Positions 29,260 through 42,184 of a DNA stretch of 64,000 bases are shown here, in pieces; the stretch's first letter is position 1, and every line of letters starts with the position of its first letter. Below the pieces are notes generated by a model. It was given only the letters and a program-made list of their open reading frames with translations, did not search any database and was not told the origin of the DNA. The stretch is from the NCBI RefSeq assembly GCF_009914755.1, contig NC_060929.1; one strand, 5' to 3'. The DNA is from the human T2T-CHM13v2.0 reference genome, Homo sapiens. The position numbers and the translations under genes are program-made.

Positions 29260-30250
29260 CACAGAACTTTTCAGAATGCCCATTATGGGCCAGGAATGAG
29301 GATATATTGGGACAGAAAAGTCCTTAAGCGGGTATTAGTGGTGGAAAGAGAAAGAAACCACCCATCAGAGCTCAGGATTTGGATGCTGCAATGAAGGTCA
29401 TGGCCAGTGCATTGAAGCTCCCCCAGTATGGGGAGGTGGGAAGGGGCTTCCTCAAGAGGCTGCTTTAGTGTAGCCTTGGGGGAAATTGGGATTCATTGGG
29501 CAGAGTAGCTGGGGAAGAGTCCTTTGGTCCAAGGAAGTAGGAATGTCCTGAGCTAAGACAGGAGGGCAGGAGAGGGCACACCTCATCCAGGAGACTGTAG
29601 ATAGTTTTGTGTCACGGGGCAACCTGTCACTGTCAAGGATGGGAACAGTAATTGGGGACGGGTCAGGAGAGGTCCTCATCAGTAGCTTCATGGATGCACT
29701 CATTCTATGGAAACAATGAAATCTCATTGAAGGAATTTATATAGGTTTTGTTTTGATAAAATCACATTGGCATCAATGTGGAAGATGAACTAAATGAAAG
29801 GTGAGGTCGAGGCTACAGGAAGTTAGGGACCAGCAAAGACCCCCAAGCAAGGTCTTAGTTGCTCATATAGAGGAACGATGTAGAAGATAAGTCTGTCTTG
29901 ACCCTGGTGAATCCTCAGGGCAGCAGAGAGACAATGGCTTAGAGAGGGAGAGTGAGCAGTTGGGAGAGAATTGACTGAGGGGTGATGAGAGAGAAGGGAG
30001 TGGTCCCAGGACTCTTAGGTATTGGCCTGAGTTGTGCCAAGATAATTCCTTATAAGAGGAGGGTTAGGAAAGGGGTGCATTCTGTTTGGTTAAAAAGATT
30101 TGGGATGAGTAGAAAGTTTCAAAGGCCCGGGCATTTAAGCAAAGTTCCAGGTGGCAAGCAAAAGCCCGGGGCGTGGCGAGCTTCAGGTGTGAGGCTATTC
30201 CATGATGGAGAAGAGGGGAAGCTGCTGAGACGGCTGCATGCTGAGCCGGG
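29260..30250 (-). mobile_element. L2 fragment(s), degraded
   Basis: tgcccattatgggccagg, ataaaatcacattggcatcaatgtggaagatg and purine-rich antisense L2 texture. Boundaries approximate. Confidence 0.5.
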
Positions 30251-30559
30251 CCACGGGAGAGGCCACTTCTGAAGAGTTCCAAAGCAGTGTTTTCAGATCA
30301 AAGATTTTTAAACGGGGGTTAAAGAAAATAAAGCATTCAAAAATAAAGTGTCCCAAACAACAGAGGCATGCTACTACACTGAGTGCCACTGCGGACTAGC
30401 TTCTGAGAAAAACCTGAACAGAGAACGTGCCAGTACTGTGATGAGGTGGGACACCTCCATGGCCAAGTTCATGCAGGTAGAGCCCACTGAGGGCAGCAAA
30501 CTGAGCTGTAGGCACGCTGGGATCGTAGGTATTTGCTCTCTTTGCTTTGCTTTGAACTA

Positions 30560-30790
30560 CAGTTGACCCTTGAACAACACAGGTTTGAACTATGTGGATT
30601 CACTTATGTGGATTTTTTAACCAAATGCAGATTGAAAATACAGTGTTCCTGGGATGTGAAACCCATATATACAGAGAACTGAGCTTCTTATGTCGGATTC
30701 TGTGGGGCCGATGGCAGGACTTGAGTCTACAGTTTTTGGTATATGCAGGGGTCCTTTAATGAAGCCCCATTGGTTGCCGAGGGACAACTG
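30560..30790. mobile_element. MER8 (Tigger-type non-autonomous DNA transposon)
   Basis: Terminal inverted repeats cagttgaccct...agggacaactg, TA on both sides, 231 bp. Confidence 0.88.
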
Positions 30791-31105
30791 TAATTATAAT
30801 TTCAGAAAATGAGTATCTATGAAGTGTCTGTGCTGCTCTTTGCTGTATTTTATTGTAGCAATCCTATTTTGCTGTTATAACTCGTGCACTAAACAAGCAA
30901 TTGTAACTGATGCCAATGCTGGGAGGCGGGTGGATTATGGAAGGCTGAGCTACTAAAACAAAGAGAAAAGCACTGGTTTTGGAGTCAGACCAAGCTTGGC
31001 TTAGATTTCTACTGTAGTATAAGGCTACTGTGTGATCTTGGTTTCATTTCTTAGCCTCTTTGAGACTCAGTTTCCCTGTGTACAAAATAGGGATAACAGT
31101 AGTAT

Positions 31106-31566
31106 TATAGCAGGACAAGCTGCAGACAAAACTCCTCAGACACCGAGTTAAAGAAGGAAGGAGTTTATTTGGCCGGGGGCATCGGCGAGACTCCTGTCTC
31201 AAGAGCCGAGCTCCCCAGTGAGCAATTCCTGTCCCTTGTAAGGGCTCACAACTCTAAGGGGGTGCGTGTGAGAGGGTCGTGATCGAATGAGCCAGCAGGG
31301 GTTATGTGACTGGGGGCTGCATGCACCGGTAATTAGATCGGAACAAAACAGGATAGGGATTTTCACAGTGCTCTTCTATACAATGTCTGTCATCGATAGA
31401 TAACATAACCGAGTAGGTCAGGGGTCGATCTTTAACTACCAGGCCCAGGGTATGGCGCCGGGCTGTCTGCTTGTGGATTTCATTTCTGCCTTTTAGTTTT
31501 TGCTTTTTCTTTCTTTGGAGGCAGAAATTGGGCATAAGACAGTATGAGGGGTGGTCTCCTCCCTTA
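31106..31566 (-). mobile_element. Solo LTR2 (HERV-E LTR) inserted in a MIR (~30960-31105)
   Basis: Minus strand starts taagggaggagaccacccctcatactgtcttatgccc; AATAAA near 31165; many CpGs retained. TSD unclear. Confidence 0.87.
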
Positions 31567-32059
31567 CTACTCCTTACTACTGTGTAGGATACTGTATGAA
31601 AAATAGCCTGTGGAGTGCCTGCGTTTTGTTAACGCTTTTCTGCAGCAAGGAGCGACCTGCGCTATTGCTCTTGCTCTGTTCCCTTCCTAGCCTTTCTGCA
31701 GTCAACAGCCAGAATCATTTCACTCCACCCGTGCGGCCCTCAATGGCTTCCACTTGCATGTGATAGTGAGATCCCACACTAGGGTTTACGAAAGATCTGC
31801 TGCATCACTATTTCCTTGTGTGTTTTACTTCCGAGGATAGGGAACTCTGCTGCTATAGGGTCCTAGCTCAGGGCTGGAGTTCTGGATGATGTTGCTGCTT
31901 CTCACCTGGTCCAGATATCCCACCGAGATCTTATTTAAAAAATTGTAAACATGTGTGTCTTTATAATATTGACAACATAATTCGCAGATTATTGAACTCA
32001 CACTTAAGCAGGCAATTATAACTAACTCAAAATATTCAGAAAGGCAGCTGCAAAGATGA

Positions 32060-32545
32060 CTTTGTTTCCTGTGGCTGCTGTCACAAAGCACCACAAACTT
32101 GGTGGCTTAAAATAACAGAGATTTCTTCTCTTACAGTTCTAGAGGCAAGAAGTCTGAAATTGGTATCAGTAGTTCAAAACCAAGGTGTTGGCCAGGCTGC
32201 GCTTGCTCTGGAATCTCTGGGGAAGGATCCCCTGCTGGCCTCCATCAGCTTCCGGTGGCTGCCAGCATTCCTTCGCTTATGGTCATGCCACTCCAGTCTC
32301 TCTTCTGTGGTCACATGGCTTCTTCCTCTTCTACATGGGTATAAATTTTCCCTCTGCCTCCCTCTTATAAGGATATATAGGATTGCATTGAAAGTCCCTT
32401 GGATAATTCAGTATAGTCTCCCCGTCTGAAGATACGTAACTTAATTACGTCTGCAGAATCCCTTATCACTCTATGAGGTGACATTCACAGGGTTCTGGGA
32501 TAAGGATGTTTATATCTTTTGGGAGACTTGTTTGGCCTACCATAT
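32060..32545 (-). mobile_element. MLT1C/D-like solo LTR
   Basis: tttcctgtggctgctgtcacaaagcaccacaaacttggtggcttaaaataacag...gaggtgacattcacagggttctggg. Confidence 0.83.
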
Positions 32546-33486
32546 GACCTCTGATCGCATCTGTTATGAGCACTCATGACCCCTTCACATGCAGCTCTGA
32601 GTCATCTGCTCAGGCCTCCCTCTTCTCTCCCTTGCCTGGTTGTGTGTTTGTGTTTCTAACAATTTTCTCTGTATGTTTCCTTCATTCTGTGGGTCAGAGT
32701 TGTATTGTAACTATACTTACAGAGAACAGGTCACAGATGCAGTCACTGAATTCAGGCTTTACGTGAAGCTCCACCAGCAGTTTCTCTTGCTCTGCGTGTT
32801 CCTCTCTGTAATTCTATAGACCCTGCAATTGCTCTTTCCCTTGTGCACTTCTAAAAGCCTCCTTCCTGGGTCCATGCTTGTTTCTGGGGGCCCCTATAGG
32901 CACCAACAAGTCCTTACAGACTTTGGCAAGAGGCAACTGATTTAGTGATGGACTCGCTATAGTATCTAGATAGATGTGACTATCTGAAGAACAAATTTGG
33001 AAGGCCATTCGGTTCTCACCATTCATCCTTAGCAGATCGGGGATATGAAAGGATGTGGATCCATAAATTGTGAAAATCAAGAAAAAATTCAATAGGCACT
33101 TCCGTCTCTTTGTTCCTGAGCTAAAATCATACATTCTTTCATAGCCAAGTTTGTCTCCACAAACCTTATGCTTTAAAAGAATTGGTCTCCTAGCATAGTA
33201 AACTCTATTCATAGTAAACTTGTTCATATTTATACACTTGTGAGAATATTGATGTAATATTTCTGTTTCCACTTTCTTTCACCACATGACAAGGATTGCT
33301 GAGTGGCTACAAATCTCCATTCTATTGTGAGCATTTTACAGTAATTTGCAAACGAGCATGTGAGTTTTACTCATGCCAACACTATCAGTTTGCAAATGTT
33401 TTTTAATATTTAAGGGAAAGCCTCCTTGCTGAGGTCCAATATCTCCTAATCCTAAATCCAGGAACAGTCATGAACCCTGCTCTGTG

Positions 33487-33827
33487 TTTCCTTCCTTCCT
33501 TCCTTCCTTCTTTCCTTCCTTCGTTCTTTCTTTCTTTTTTTTTTTGGACAGAGACTCGCTCTGTCACCCAGGCTGGAGTCCAGTGGCATGATCTTGGCTC
33601 ACTGCAACGTTCACCTCCTGGGTTGAAGCAAATCTCCTGCCTCAGCCTCCTGAATAGCTGAGATTACAGGCAAATGCCATCACGCCTGGCTGATTTTTGT
33701 GTTTTTAGTAGAGACGGGGTTTCACCATGTTGGCCAGGCTAGTCTCAAACTCCTGACCTCAAGTGATCCACCCCGCTCGGCCTCCCCAAAGTGCTGGGAT
33801 TACAGGCGTGAGCCATCACATCCAGCC
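33487..33827 (-). mobile_element. Alu (AluSx/Sz-like) with (TTCC)n tail
   Basis: Antisense Alu with both arms; tttccttccttcc tract at the tail. Confidence 0.96.
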
Positions 33828-34857
33828 AACATGCACCTTTTCTATTGCTTGTCTTGCTTGATTCTTGCTACTCTTGGGAAAAGGCAACTGCCTCCAAATG
33901 AAAAATATGAGAAAGGATATCAAGTTAATAAAAGCAAGTAGATAGATTCTTGGATCAGTGCTATGGTGCCATATGTGTACAGCTTCATCTCTTCAAAAAG
34001 AAGCTGTTTCTGATTTAACCTACTACATAGGGTTCTAGGTAGGGCTAATAAATTGCTCCAGAAATTAGGTATGGTTTCCGTGATTTGCTCAAATCTCTCA
34101 AAAATTAGGACATTACCACGGATTTTTAGATTTCATGAGGTCCACAGTTTGGTCCATAAATTCTATATACTTTTCCAGTCTTCAGTAGTTATATACATTT
34201 TTGGATTATTTTGACAATAAAATAAGTGAGTAACACTTTGAAGAATAACATTTGTTTTTGTTCAGTACAGATTTCTTAGATATTGACAAGAAGAAAAAAA
34301 CTATCAGAGAAAAATCCAGATTCTTACCAGTAGTTCCCTCCCTTCAGAGAGAGGCAGAGCATGATAGAGAAGGACAGTCAGTCAGTGTTTGAAGGACAGT
34401 ATCCGTGCAATTAAATCAACCTCCCATCTAGACTTTGACTTTTCTGAAATATGGAGATGGAGCAAAAATCAGATAGGGTTTTTGTACAGCATGCTTAAGT
34501 ATTGGGACACTTATGACTATTTTGTTGAGTTTTCTCATTATATTTTAATAACCTTTAAATTATAAAAATCATATTCACTGTAGACAAAGTGAAAACTTTA
34601 GATGAATATTTTAAAAACCCTCAAATCACTCATAATTTTTCCACTTAATGCCAACCACAGTACATATATAGATTGTTAAACCTTCAGCTTTGACTGTGTT
34701 TAGAGTTTTATCTTCCCCTTGGTATATACCACATTTTCAATAAACTGGAAAGTGTGACACAATCACCTGATCTATGCGTGTAATGATATGTTTGACCTGG
34801 CAAATGGTCAAACCTTTCTCCTGTGGCCATCAACGTTGTGGCTGATTTTCATAGCTA

Positions 34858-36017
34858 TTTTGCCCTGTTATTTTTCTGAGATTTATTTCACTAGCACTTA
34901 GGGAGGCCTTTGATTTTCAAGGACGTGCACTGACAGGTTGTTATTTATCCCCAAGAGACTTTCATGTCCTAAGGGGAAAAAAACGTCCTGAGAATTTCAA
35001 ACTTACAATAAGTAAAGAAAAAGAAAAAACTTTGCAGCTATCATACCTTCTTAAGAATAAAATTTTGGATCAAAGGGTATTATCAATAACACTCAAAAGC
35101 ATTCTGGGCACACATTTTTAAATAAAATTTTATAATTATTTCCTTAGATACTATTAATATGAATTTTTTTAAAAAACTCTGAAACTTTCAGTTTAATCGT
35201 AGACTCCAACAGAGCTGTGAGTTAATTTTACTTCCAGCCACATGGGAAAGGAAGAACATGCCTTTAAGTGTCTTTTGTAGCTTCGCAGAGATAACTCAAA
35301 AAGTATTTGACCCTTCTGGAAAACAGAGGTGTCAATTTACAGTTTATAATCAGGACACTTATGTGAGAGTTTCAGGCTTTGGAATTATTGGTCGTGCTTC
35401 ACAGGATGCAACAAAAATGTTTGAGGTCTTCGTGTCCCTGATTCACGAGACACTCAAGGACGAGTGTCACATGTGCAACAGAACAACATTCTACATTTTA
35501 TCATAAGCCTTCACATTGGGCAAGAGAATGAGGACTCAACTTTTCATATGTGTTTTCAATTTTTCTTAGTTTATAGAACCAGAATATGTCAGAGAACAAT
35601 ATTAGCTTTTTTCGAGCTGTAGGAAAAAGGGAAATTTTTTGCCTCCTTATTTTTCTGAGATTTTTTTCACTAGCACTTAGGGAGGCCTTCAGTTTTTAAG
35701 GAGATGCACTGATATGTCATTATTTATCCCTAAGAGAGTTTCGTGTCCTGAGGGGGAATAAAAGTCCTAAGACATTCAACCTTACAGTATGTAAAGAAAA
35801 AAAATAATTTGCAGCTTTCATACCTTCTTAAAAATAAAATTTTTGGTCTACTGCCATACCACTTTGAACGTGCTTGATCTTGGAAGCTAAGCAGGGTCAG
35901 ACCTGGTTAGGACTTGGTATGGGAGACCACATGGGAATACCAGGTGTTGCAGGGTTGATATAAAATCTAAAATTTTAAAATAAAAAAATAAAAATAATAT
36001 TTCTGATCAAAGGGTAT
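34858..36017. repeat. Local direct duplication of ~220 bp (34858-35080; 35637-36017, second copy interrupted)
   Basis: Shared ttatttttctgagattt.tttcactagcacttagggaggcctt...cataccttcttaa.aataaaatttt..atcaaagggtat; about 85% identity by eye. Confidence 0.93.
35846..35956 (+). pseudogene. Retroposed 5S rRNA pseudogene (RNA5SP class)
   Basis: gtctactgccataccactttgaacg...ggaagctaagcagggtc...gggaataccaggtgttgcagggtt aligns end to end with 5S rRNA; A-rich tail to ~35990; TSD aaaataa(a/t)attt(t/c)tg. Confidence 0.95.
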
Positions 36018-39000
36018 GGAATCTGTTTAAAGCCTTTGCTTAAAAGGCCAAATTATCTTCTAGAATAATTACATCAACTTACATTTCCTTCAGCAGTGTG
36101 TGTGTTTCCATTTCATTGCATCTTGGTTTTTATAAAAATCTTTTAAACATCTGGATTTGTTTTTAGCACATTAGTGCTGCATATTTCTGCAAATGCATCA
36201 GTTCTGTCTGGGCTGATATAGAGAAGCAGAGAAACACATTTTAGTTAAAATCCTAAGTTCTTTTTGACTTTGAAAGACATTGGATAGTGGCTTCCAGATT
36301 CTATTTGGCTTGGGTCACTGTGAGAGTTGGTTTCTATTGAGCAAAAACAAGATGTGAAAGTTGGTAGAATTATTGTGGAAAAAAAAATCTAATATGACAA
36401 CTTCGTATTATAAATTGGGCAGGAAAAAAAGCCCCAAGGACATTACTCTTGCAGTTGATGCGCTTGGTAACAGGAGTCTGCGGAACTCTCCAGAGCTGCC
36501 CTCCCTGAGCCCCCTCGGCCATCGTCACCAGGCATATATTGGCCAGAATGTGCCACATCACTCATGTCTGGCACAATTGTGAAAGTCAGTTTATTTGATT
36601 TGCACTCCCCTAGTGATGAGGGCAAGTTCTACACCTCTGCCATCACTGGACAAGGTACCTGGGACAGCCATCAAGTTGTCCAGCTGTTCCTGACAGCTCC
36701 TGCCATCCTGCCAAGACTAATATTTGACAATCCAAACGGGGTGTGGAAAAGTAAACTAGGCTTCCAGCAGGGCATTGTAAATCTCCAACTCTCTGGCCCC
36801 TGAGAGGGACTTTACTGCTTATAGACGTCAACAGGAGAAATACATGTTTTGAAGGAGAGCCAAGCAATTCATTTAAATAAATTTAAATGAAAAATAACAA
36901 CATAATTCAGGAGAATTGAATGCCACTTTCTCCCTATTGTATGGCACCTTTGCCCTAGCTATTCTGTCTTCAAGGGAAAATTACACAATCTGCACCAAAA
37001 CTTAATCTTCGTAAAAAGAGGGAGCATTTTTGCAGGAAATGTGCTAATTGGAAAAGTTACATAAATGTCTGCTTGTGTTAGATTATTATTCCCAAGTCTA
37101 TCAGAAAAAAAAGGTATTACAGTAATAGGGGAAAAAAAATCCCCTTTTTCAAAAAGAATATTTGTGTGTTAGCAGACACTGCACTATCGTGGTTATTTAT
37201 GTGAAGTAATTTTAAGGAGTGAACACTTGAAGTATTGGTTGGACTCAATTTTAGTGCATTGAGACACATACCCACCAAACAATAAAACTGGTACTTAACA
37301 GTTATAATAATGATGTCAACAATGAATCTGGCTCCTGTTGATATGTGCAAAGCCAAAGATAATGAAGAAAACAAATGAAAGGTTACATTATTATTGCTGT
37401 TAGTTTCATCAGCTTTGGAATTTCAGTTGCTGAGAAACTCCTTTAGAAATAGCATAGGTTAGAACTTTGCTGCCATGTTTTCTCTGTTCTGGACAATGAG
37501 GAAGGCCTGTTTCAACTTACAGATGCACACGGAGTCTGCAGTTGTATGCACCCTTCAGCTCCTTGAGGCCAGTGGGTGCAACCTTACAGCCAGAATACTC
37601 CCCAAGGTGTTCCTCCAATGAATAAAATTCCTTTCCTTAAATATGTCAGAAGGGACACAGAAATGTGAATGCCCTAGTATGTTCACTTCCTCCAGACCAC
37701 AATATTGTATGCCTCAAGAGGAAATTAATGTGCACATTTCTAAAGACTTCCAACTTTTTTCATTTGGACATTCCACTGCTTTTGTTTGCCAGAAAAAAAA
37801 ATGTCACTGAGCTTCTGTGACTATTTAATAAGAACCAATTTATTTTTAACTTGATTTTTTTCTGCCTGGAAAACAGGTTTATATACCTTTCATGTTTCCA
37901 TCTCTCCTTCCTAAGTACACATATTCATGCAGGTGTCCAAAGCCAATCTGCCAATCTTTCAACTACATATGTTCTGTGAAACTGACAGGTCAAGTAATTA
38001 TCTTTAGAAAAATGATTTTTAAGGCTAATAGTGGTGTTATCAAAACTTTCCCTGGAATGTATTTTGGTTATTTCTTTAGACATTGCACTGTACATTTAAT
38101 GAAGAATACTTTAAGAAATAACCTCATTTGCATTTTAATTCTCAAAGTGTCCATATCCAATTAGAATATTCCATAATCCCACTAGAACTTGCAAAATCAG
38201 AATAAAAATTTTTGAAATAAAAACCAATGTAACTTGTACTATCTTCGTGGTGTGCAAACTAGCTTACTGACATTGACAATTTTTGAGTCTCAACAGAATC
38301 CTAAAATGAGGCCAGGTTTACAAAGTTCAATTCTATTTTTAAGCCAAAGAGGAAAATAAGATTTTAAAGGGAAGAACAAATCTCCCTTAAGCATTGATAG
38401 TAACTTTTAATGTCTTGCTAATCAAAATTTATGGCTGAGTCCCAACTGCCTTAAGGTAGAAAAAAAATTCAAACAATGAAGGAGAGAAGATTCAAAGCTG
38501 GCCCTTGTTTCTGAGTTTGAAAATTGCAGAAGTCAGTCTCCCTGGATATTAATGTTGCAGGTTTTGCTGACTGAGGATACAGATGATCCCCTTGGAGAAG
38601 GAAGCTTAAGGGTTTCTGGAGTCTTCCTCAAAGGTTTTACTAACATTCTCCAAGTAGCAACTTTCACAGAGCAGATTTATAGCAGAGTGTGAGAAGACTA
38701 CTTTAGAACATGAATGAGTCTTGAGTTTCATCACAAAATGTTTTGGAATTGATTAGAGAGAGTTTCCATGCCTTATTCAAAACTCAAGAGGTAAAAAAAA
38801 TTAGTAAATACATTAGTATTGTATTAGGTAGCATTTAAAACAACACAAAACAAGGATGAGCTGATCTCATTGAGACAGTTCTTCACTACTGTGAATGTCA
38901 GAAAGAAACGGCAGGTCATTTATGATGGCCAGGAAGCAGTCTTAGAACTTCTAAAATGCCCTCCATATGTGGGAAAGTTGATCCCGTCATTTATAAGATA

Positions 39001-39069
39001 CATTACATGATTTCTTTCTAGCTAACATCTTTGACGAAACTTTGCTGAGACATCTGTGTTACATGATGG

Positions 39070-39602
39070 ATATAGACATGTGGTCTATACACAATGCAAT
39101 ACCATTCAGCCATAATAAAAGGGAAATTCTGTCATTTGTGACAACATGGATGAACCTGCAGGACTTTATGCTAAGTGGAATAACTCAGGCACAGAAAGAC
39201 AAATAATGCATGATTCCACTCATATGTGGAATCTAAAAAAGTTTAACTCACATAAGTAGAGGGCAGAATGGTGGTTGCCAGAGGCTAAGGGAAGGAGTGG
39301 ACGAAAAAAGGGGATATGTTGATCAAAGGGTACAAAATTTCAGTTAGACCGGAGGAATAAGCTTTAGTATTCTATTGCACAGAATGGTGACTAGAATAAA
39401 TAATAATGGATTGTATATTTCAAAGTTGCTGAAAGAATGAATTTTAAATGTTTCATCACAAAAAATGATAAGATGTGAGGTGATATATTTGCTAACTAGC
39501 TTGACTTAATCATTCTACAATGTAAACACATATCAAAACCTCACTTTGTACCCCATAAATATGTAATATATACACTAATTACTTGTGAATTAATAAAAAA
39601 TT
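39070..39602 (+). mobile_element. L1MA-type 3' end
   Basis: tgtgacaacatggatgaacctg..ggcacagaaagacaaata..agaatggtggttgccagaggct..tgtaccccataaatatgt. Confidence 0.88.
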
Positions 39603-40408
39603 AAATGGCAAGTCATTTCTGGTGGCTAGAGGAGAAGTGTAGCATCCTTCTCATTAAGATACAAGAGTTATCCTGGAGCCCAGTGACGATGGATGGCTCC
39701 AAAAGGGCCTGAGTGACAGGTTACTTTTTCTCCATGAAAGCTTTTATGTTTAAATCACACTTGTGAGTAGACTAAGTAGCATACACTTCCCCCACATTCT
39801 AGGTCTTTAGTGTAGCTGAATGAAGAGTGGAGAGTGTGAGTGACAGCTGAGGAAGACAGAGTTGTGCCCTGAGATAGCATTGTGATAGTGATTACTTGTC
39901 AGCTAGGCTAGGTTGCAGTGCCCAATTGTTTGGTTAAACACTATATCAGTGTATTTTAATTTACTAATCTTGTAATTTTTTATGATTATGAATAATATAT
40001 ACCCGTTGTCGAAAACTGGGAAAACACAGAAAAATATATCAAAAATTACTCAGTGAAACCCAGTTTAGTCAGGATCAAGTTTTAGTTTATCCTATGCATT
40101 TTTAAATTTTGGAGATCACAATAAATGTACTGATTGTTAAAAGAGTTAACAAAGTACACAGAGTATTGATGAGCGGAACCATGAAGGTTAGATTAGTGCT
40201 AGATGGTAACTCCTTTCAATCTCTGCAAAAACTTATTTATTCAACTTGGTAAAATGTTTTTGATTATGCCTGTGCTTTTTATCTTCGTTGTAATTTTTTC
40301 GGTTTCTTCTGTGGAAATGACTTACAATTCTTAGTTAGAATAAGCCTTCTGTGTCTCCCATCTCTGCTGCTTGCTCCAGCATTTTATAAATTTTCTTCTT
40401 CTCTTTCT

Positions 40409-40696
40409 TTTCTTTTTTGTTTTTTTAGATGGAGTTTCACTCTTATTGCCCAGGCTGGAGTGGAATAGCACAGTCTCGGCTCACTGCAACCTCTAACTGT
40501 CGGGTTTGAGTGATTCTCTCATCTCAGCCTCCCGAGTAGCTGGGATTACAGGCACCCGCCACCATGCCCAGCTAATTCTTATATTTTTTAGTAGAGATAG
40601 GATTTCACCATGTTGTCCAGGCTGGTCTTTAATTCCTGGCCTGAGGTGATCCACCCACCTCGGCCTCCTAAAGTGCTGGGATTACAGGCATGAGCA
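40409..40696 (-). mobile_element. Alu (AluS), slightly 5'-truncated
   Basis: Antisense Alu; 16-bp TSD ttcttcttctctttct at 40393-40408 and 40697-40712. Confidence 0.96.
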
Positions 40697-41669
40697 TTCT
40701 TCTTCTCTTTCTATGCACATAGAACATATCAATTGGCCCCACTGTCACTGATTTAATACTCTGTGCTGAATTTTTCTTCTCATTGCTTCTGAATCAACTA
40801 TTGAGTATTCTACTGTTCCTCTGAATCAACTACTGAGTATTCAATTTATCTGCAGTCTTTTCTTCTGTCACTCCTTGGTTGCCTTGTCATCTCAGCCTAT
40901 TTTCCCCTAATGGCTTTCTCCTCCTTTTCAGAGGACATATCAACTTGGATTTTAGCAACTATACCCAACACATTTCTAAATTATCTTCTGTTTATCATGC
41001 TAATTTTTTTTCAGAGACATGCTTTTCTTTGACTTTTCATGATGCCTTCATTTTTTTCTTTTTTTTTTGTAGTATCTATCTCTTTTTCACATTTTGTGCA
41101 GTTTTTTAGGTTTCAGTTTTTCTTGATTCTGCCTGACTTTCTTACATTCCAAAATTGAAACAGCTGAAACCCATTATAATCTCCAGCATTTAGTGCCACC
41201 ATGGTTCTTTCTGCTCTTGTTCCTACCTACACTGTAGAATGAAATCCCTAAGATGCTATGTGCTTCTTCCTGTCTGTCTTGCTCCACTTTCTCCCTGACT
41301 ATTTCTAGAGTGCTGCTGCCTCCAGATGTGTGTAGGCAATGGTAGAGATCAGAAGTAAGGCTGCTTCTAGAAGTAGCAGCCAAGATGAAAAGAGACAACT
41401 GAACATTTTTCTGAGTGGTAAAGAGCTTGCATTTCTAAACTCCAAAGCACAGATGGCCCAAAGTGCTCTTTATTATCAAATTAAAAATGATAAATACACA
41501 TTTAAAAATTCATCTGTAATTTCAATGAAAAGCTAAATGAATTTTTAACAAAAAAGAACACACATTCTAGTAAAAATGTTCTTGAAATATGGAGAAACTC
41601 AGAATTATTGACATAAGACATGGATAGTGAAATGCTCCAAGCTATTCATTGCTTTGCTTTTATAGATGA

Positions 41670-42184
41670 GTGATTAGTTTTTATATTGTGCTGTAACAAA
41701 TTATCACACTGTTTTAAATAATCCAAATTCATTATTTTTAGTTTTTTAAGTTAGAAGTCTGACAACTTTTGTATCACTGGGTTAAAATCAAGAAGTCAGC
41801 AAAGTTGTATTTCTTTCTGGAGGCTCTAGGGGAGAATTTCTTTTCTTGCCTTTTCCAGCTTATAGAGGAAATGTGTATTCCTTGGCTCATGGCCTCTTCC
41901 TCTGTCTTCAAAGCCAGCAATGACAAGTTTGACTCACATCACATCTCTCTGACCTTTCTTCAGTCATCACTTCTCTCATTACAGTTGGGAAAGTCTCCAC
42001 CTGTGATTACATTAGATCCACCTAGATAATTAAGGACCATTTCTCTGTCTCAAGGTTCCTAATCTTAATTGAATTTGCAAAGTCTCTTTTGCCATCTAGG
42101 GTAAAGTTTCCACAAATTCTGGGGATTAAAAGGGAAACCTCTTTGGGTGGGGGGTAGGGGGGCTTATTCTTCTTCCTATTGCAA
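41670..42184 (-). mobile_element. MLT1 solo LTR
   Basis: attagtttttatattgtgctgtaacaaattatcac..ttctggaggctctaggggagaat..gcaaagtctcttttgccat. Confidence 0.82.

Noticed and set aside
32814-33272. 152-aa minus-strand ORF in non-repeat DNA
   Set aside because: Non-ATG start, no recognisable domain, no splice context or codon bias; consistent with chance.
35258-35506. 82-aa ATG-initiated ORF between the duplicated blocks
   Set aside because: No recognisable homology; length expected by chance in 64 kb.
36868-36891. Inverted repeat ttcatttaaat-aa-atttaaatgaa
   Set aside because: Short, AT-only, with no supporting context.
25711-40842. Small direct repeats (~25711-25750, ~27985-28110, ~40789-40842) as an array or CRISPR-like system
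   Set aside because: Only two copies each, unrelated to one another, no spacer periodicity, eukaryotic context; ordinary slippage products.
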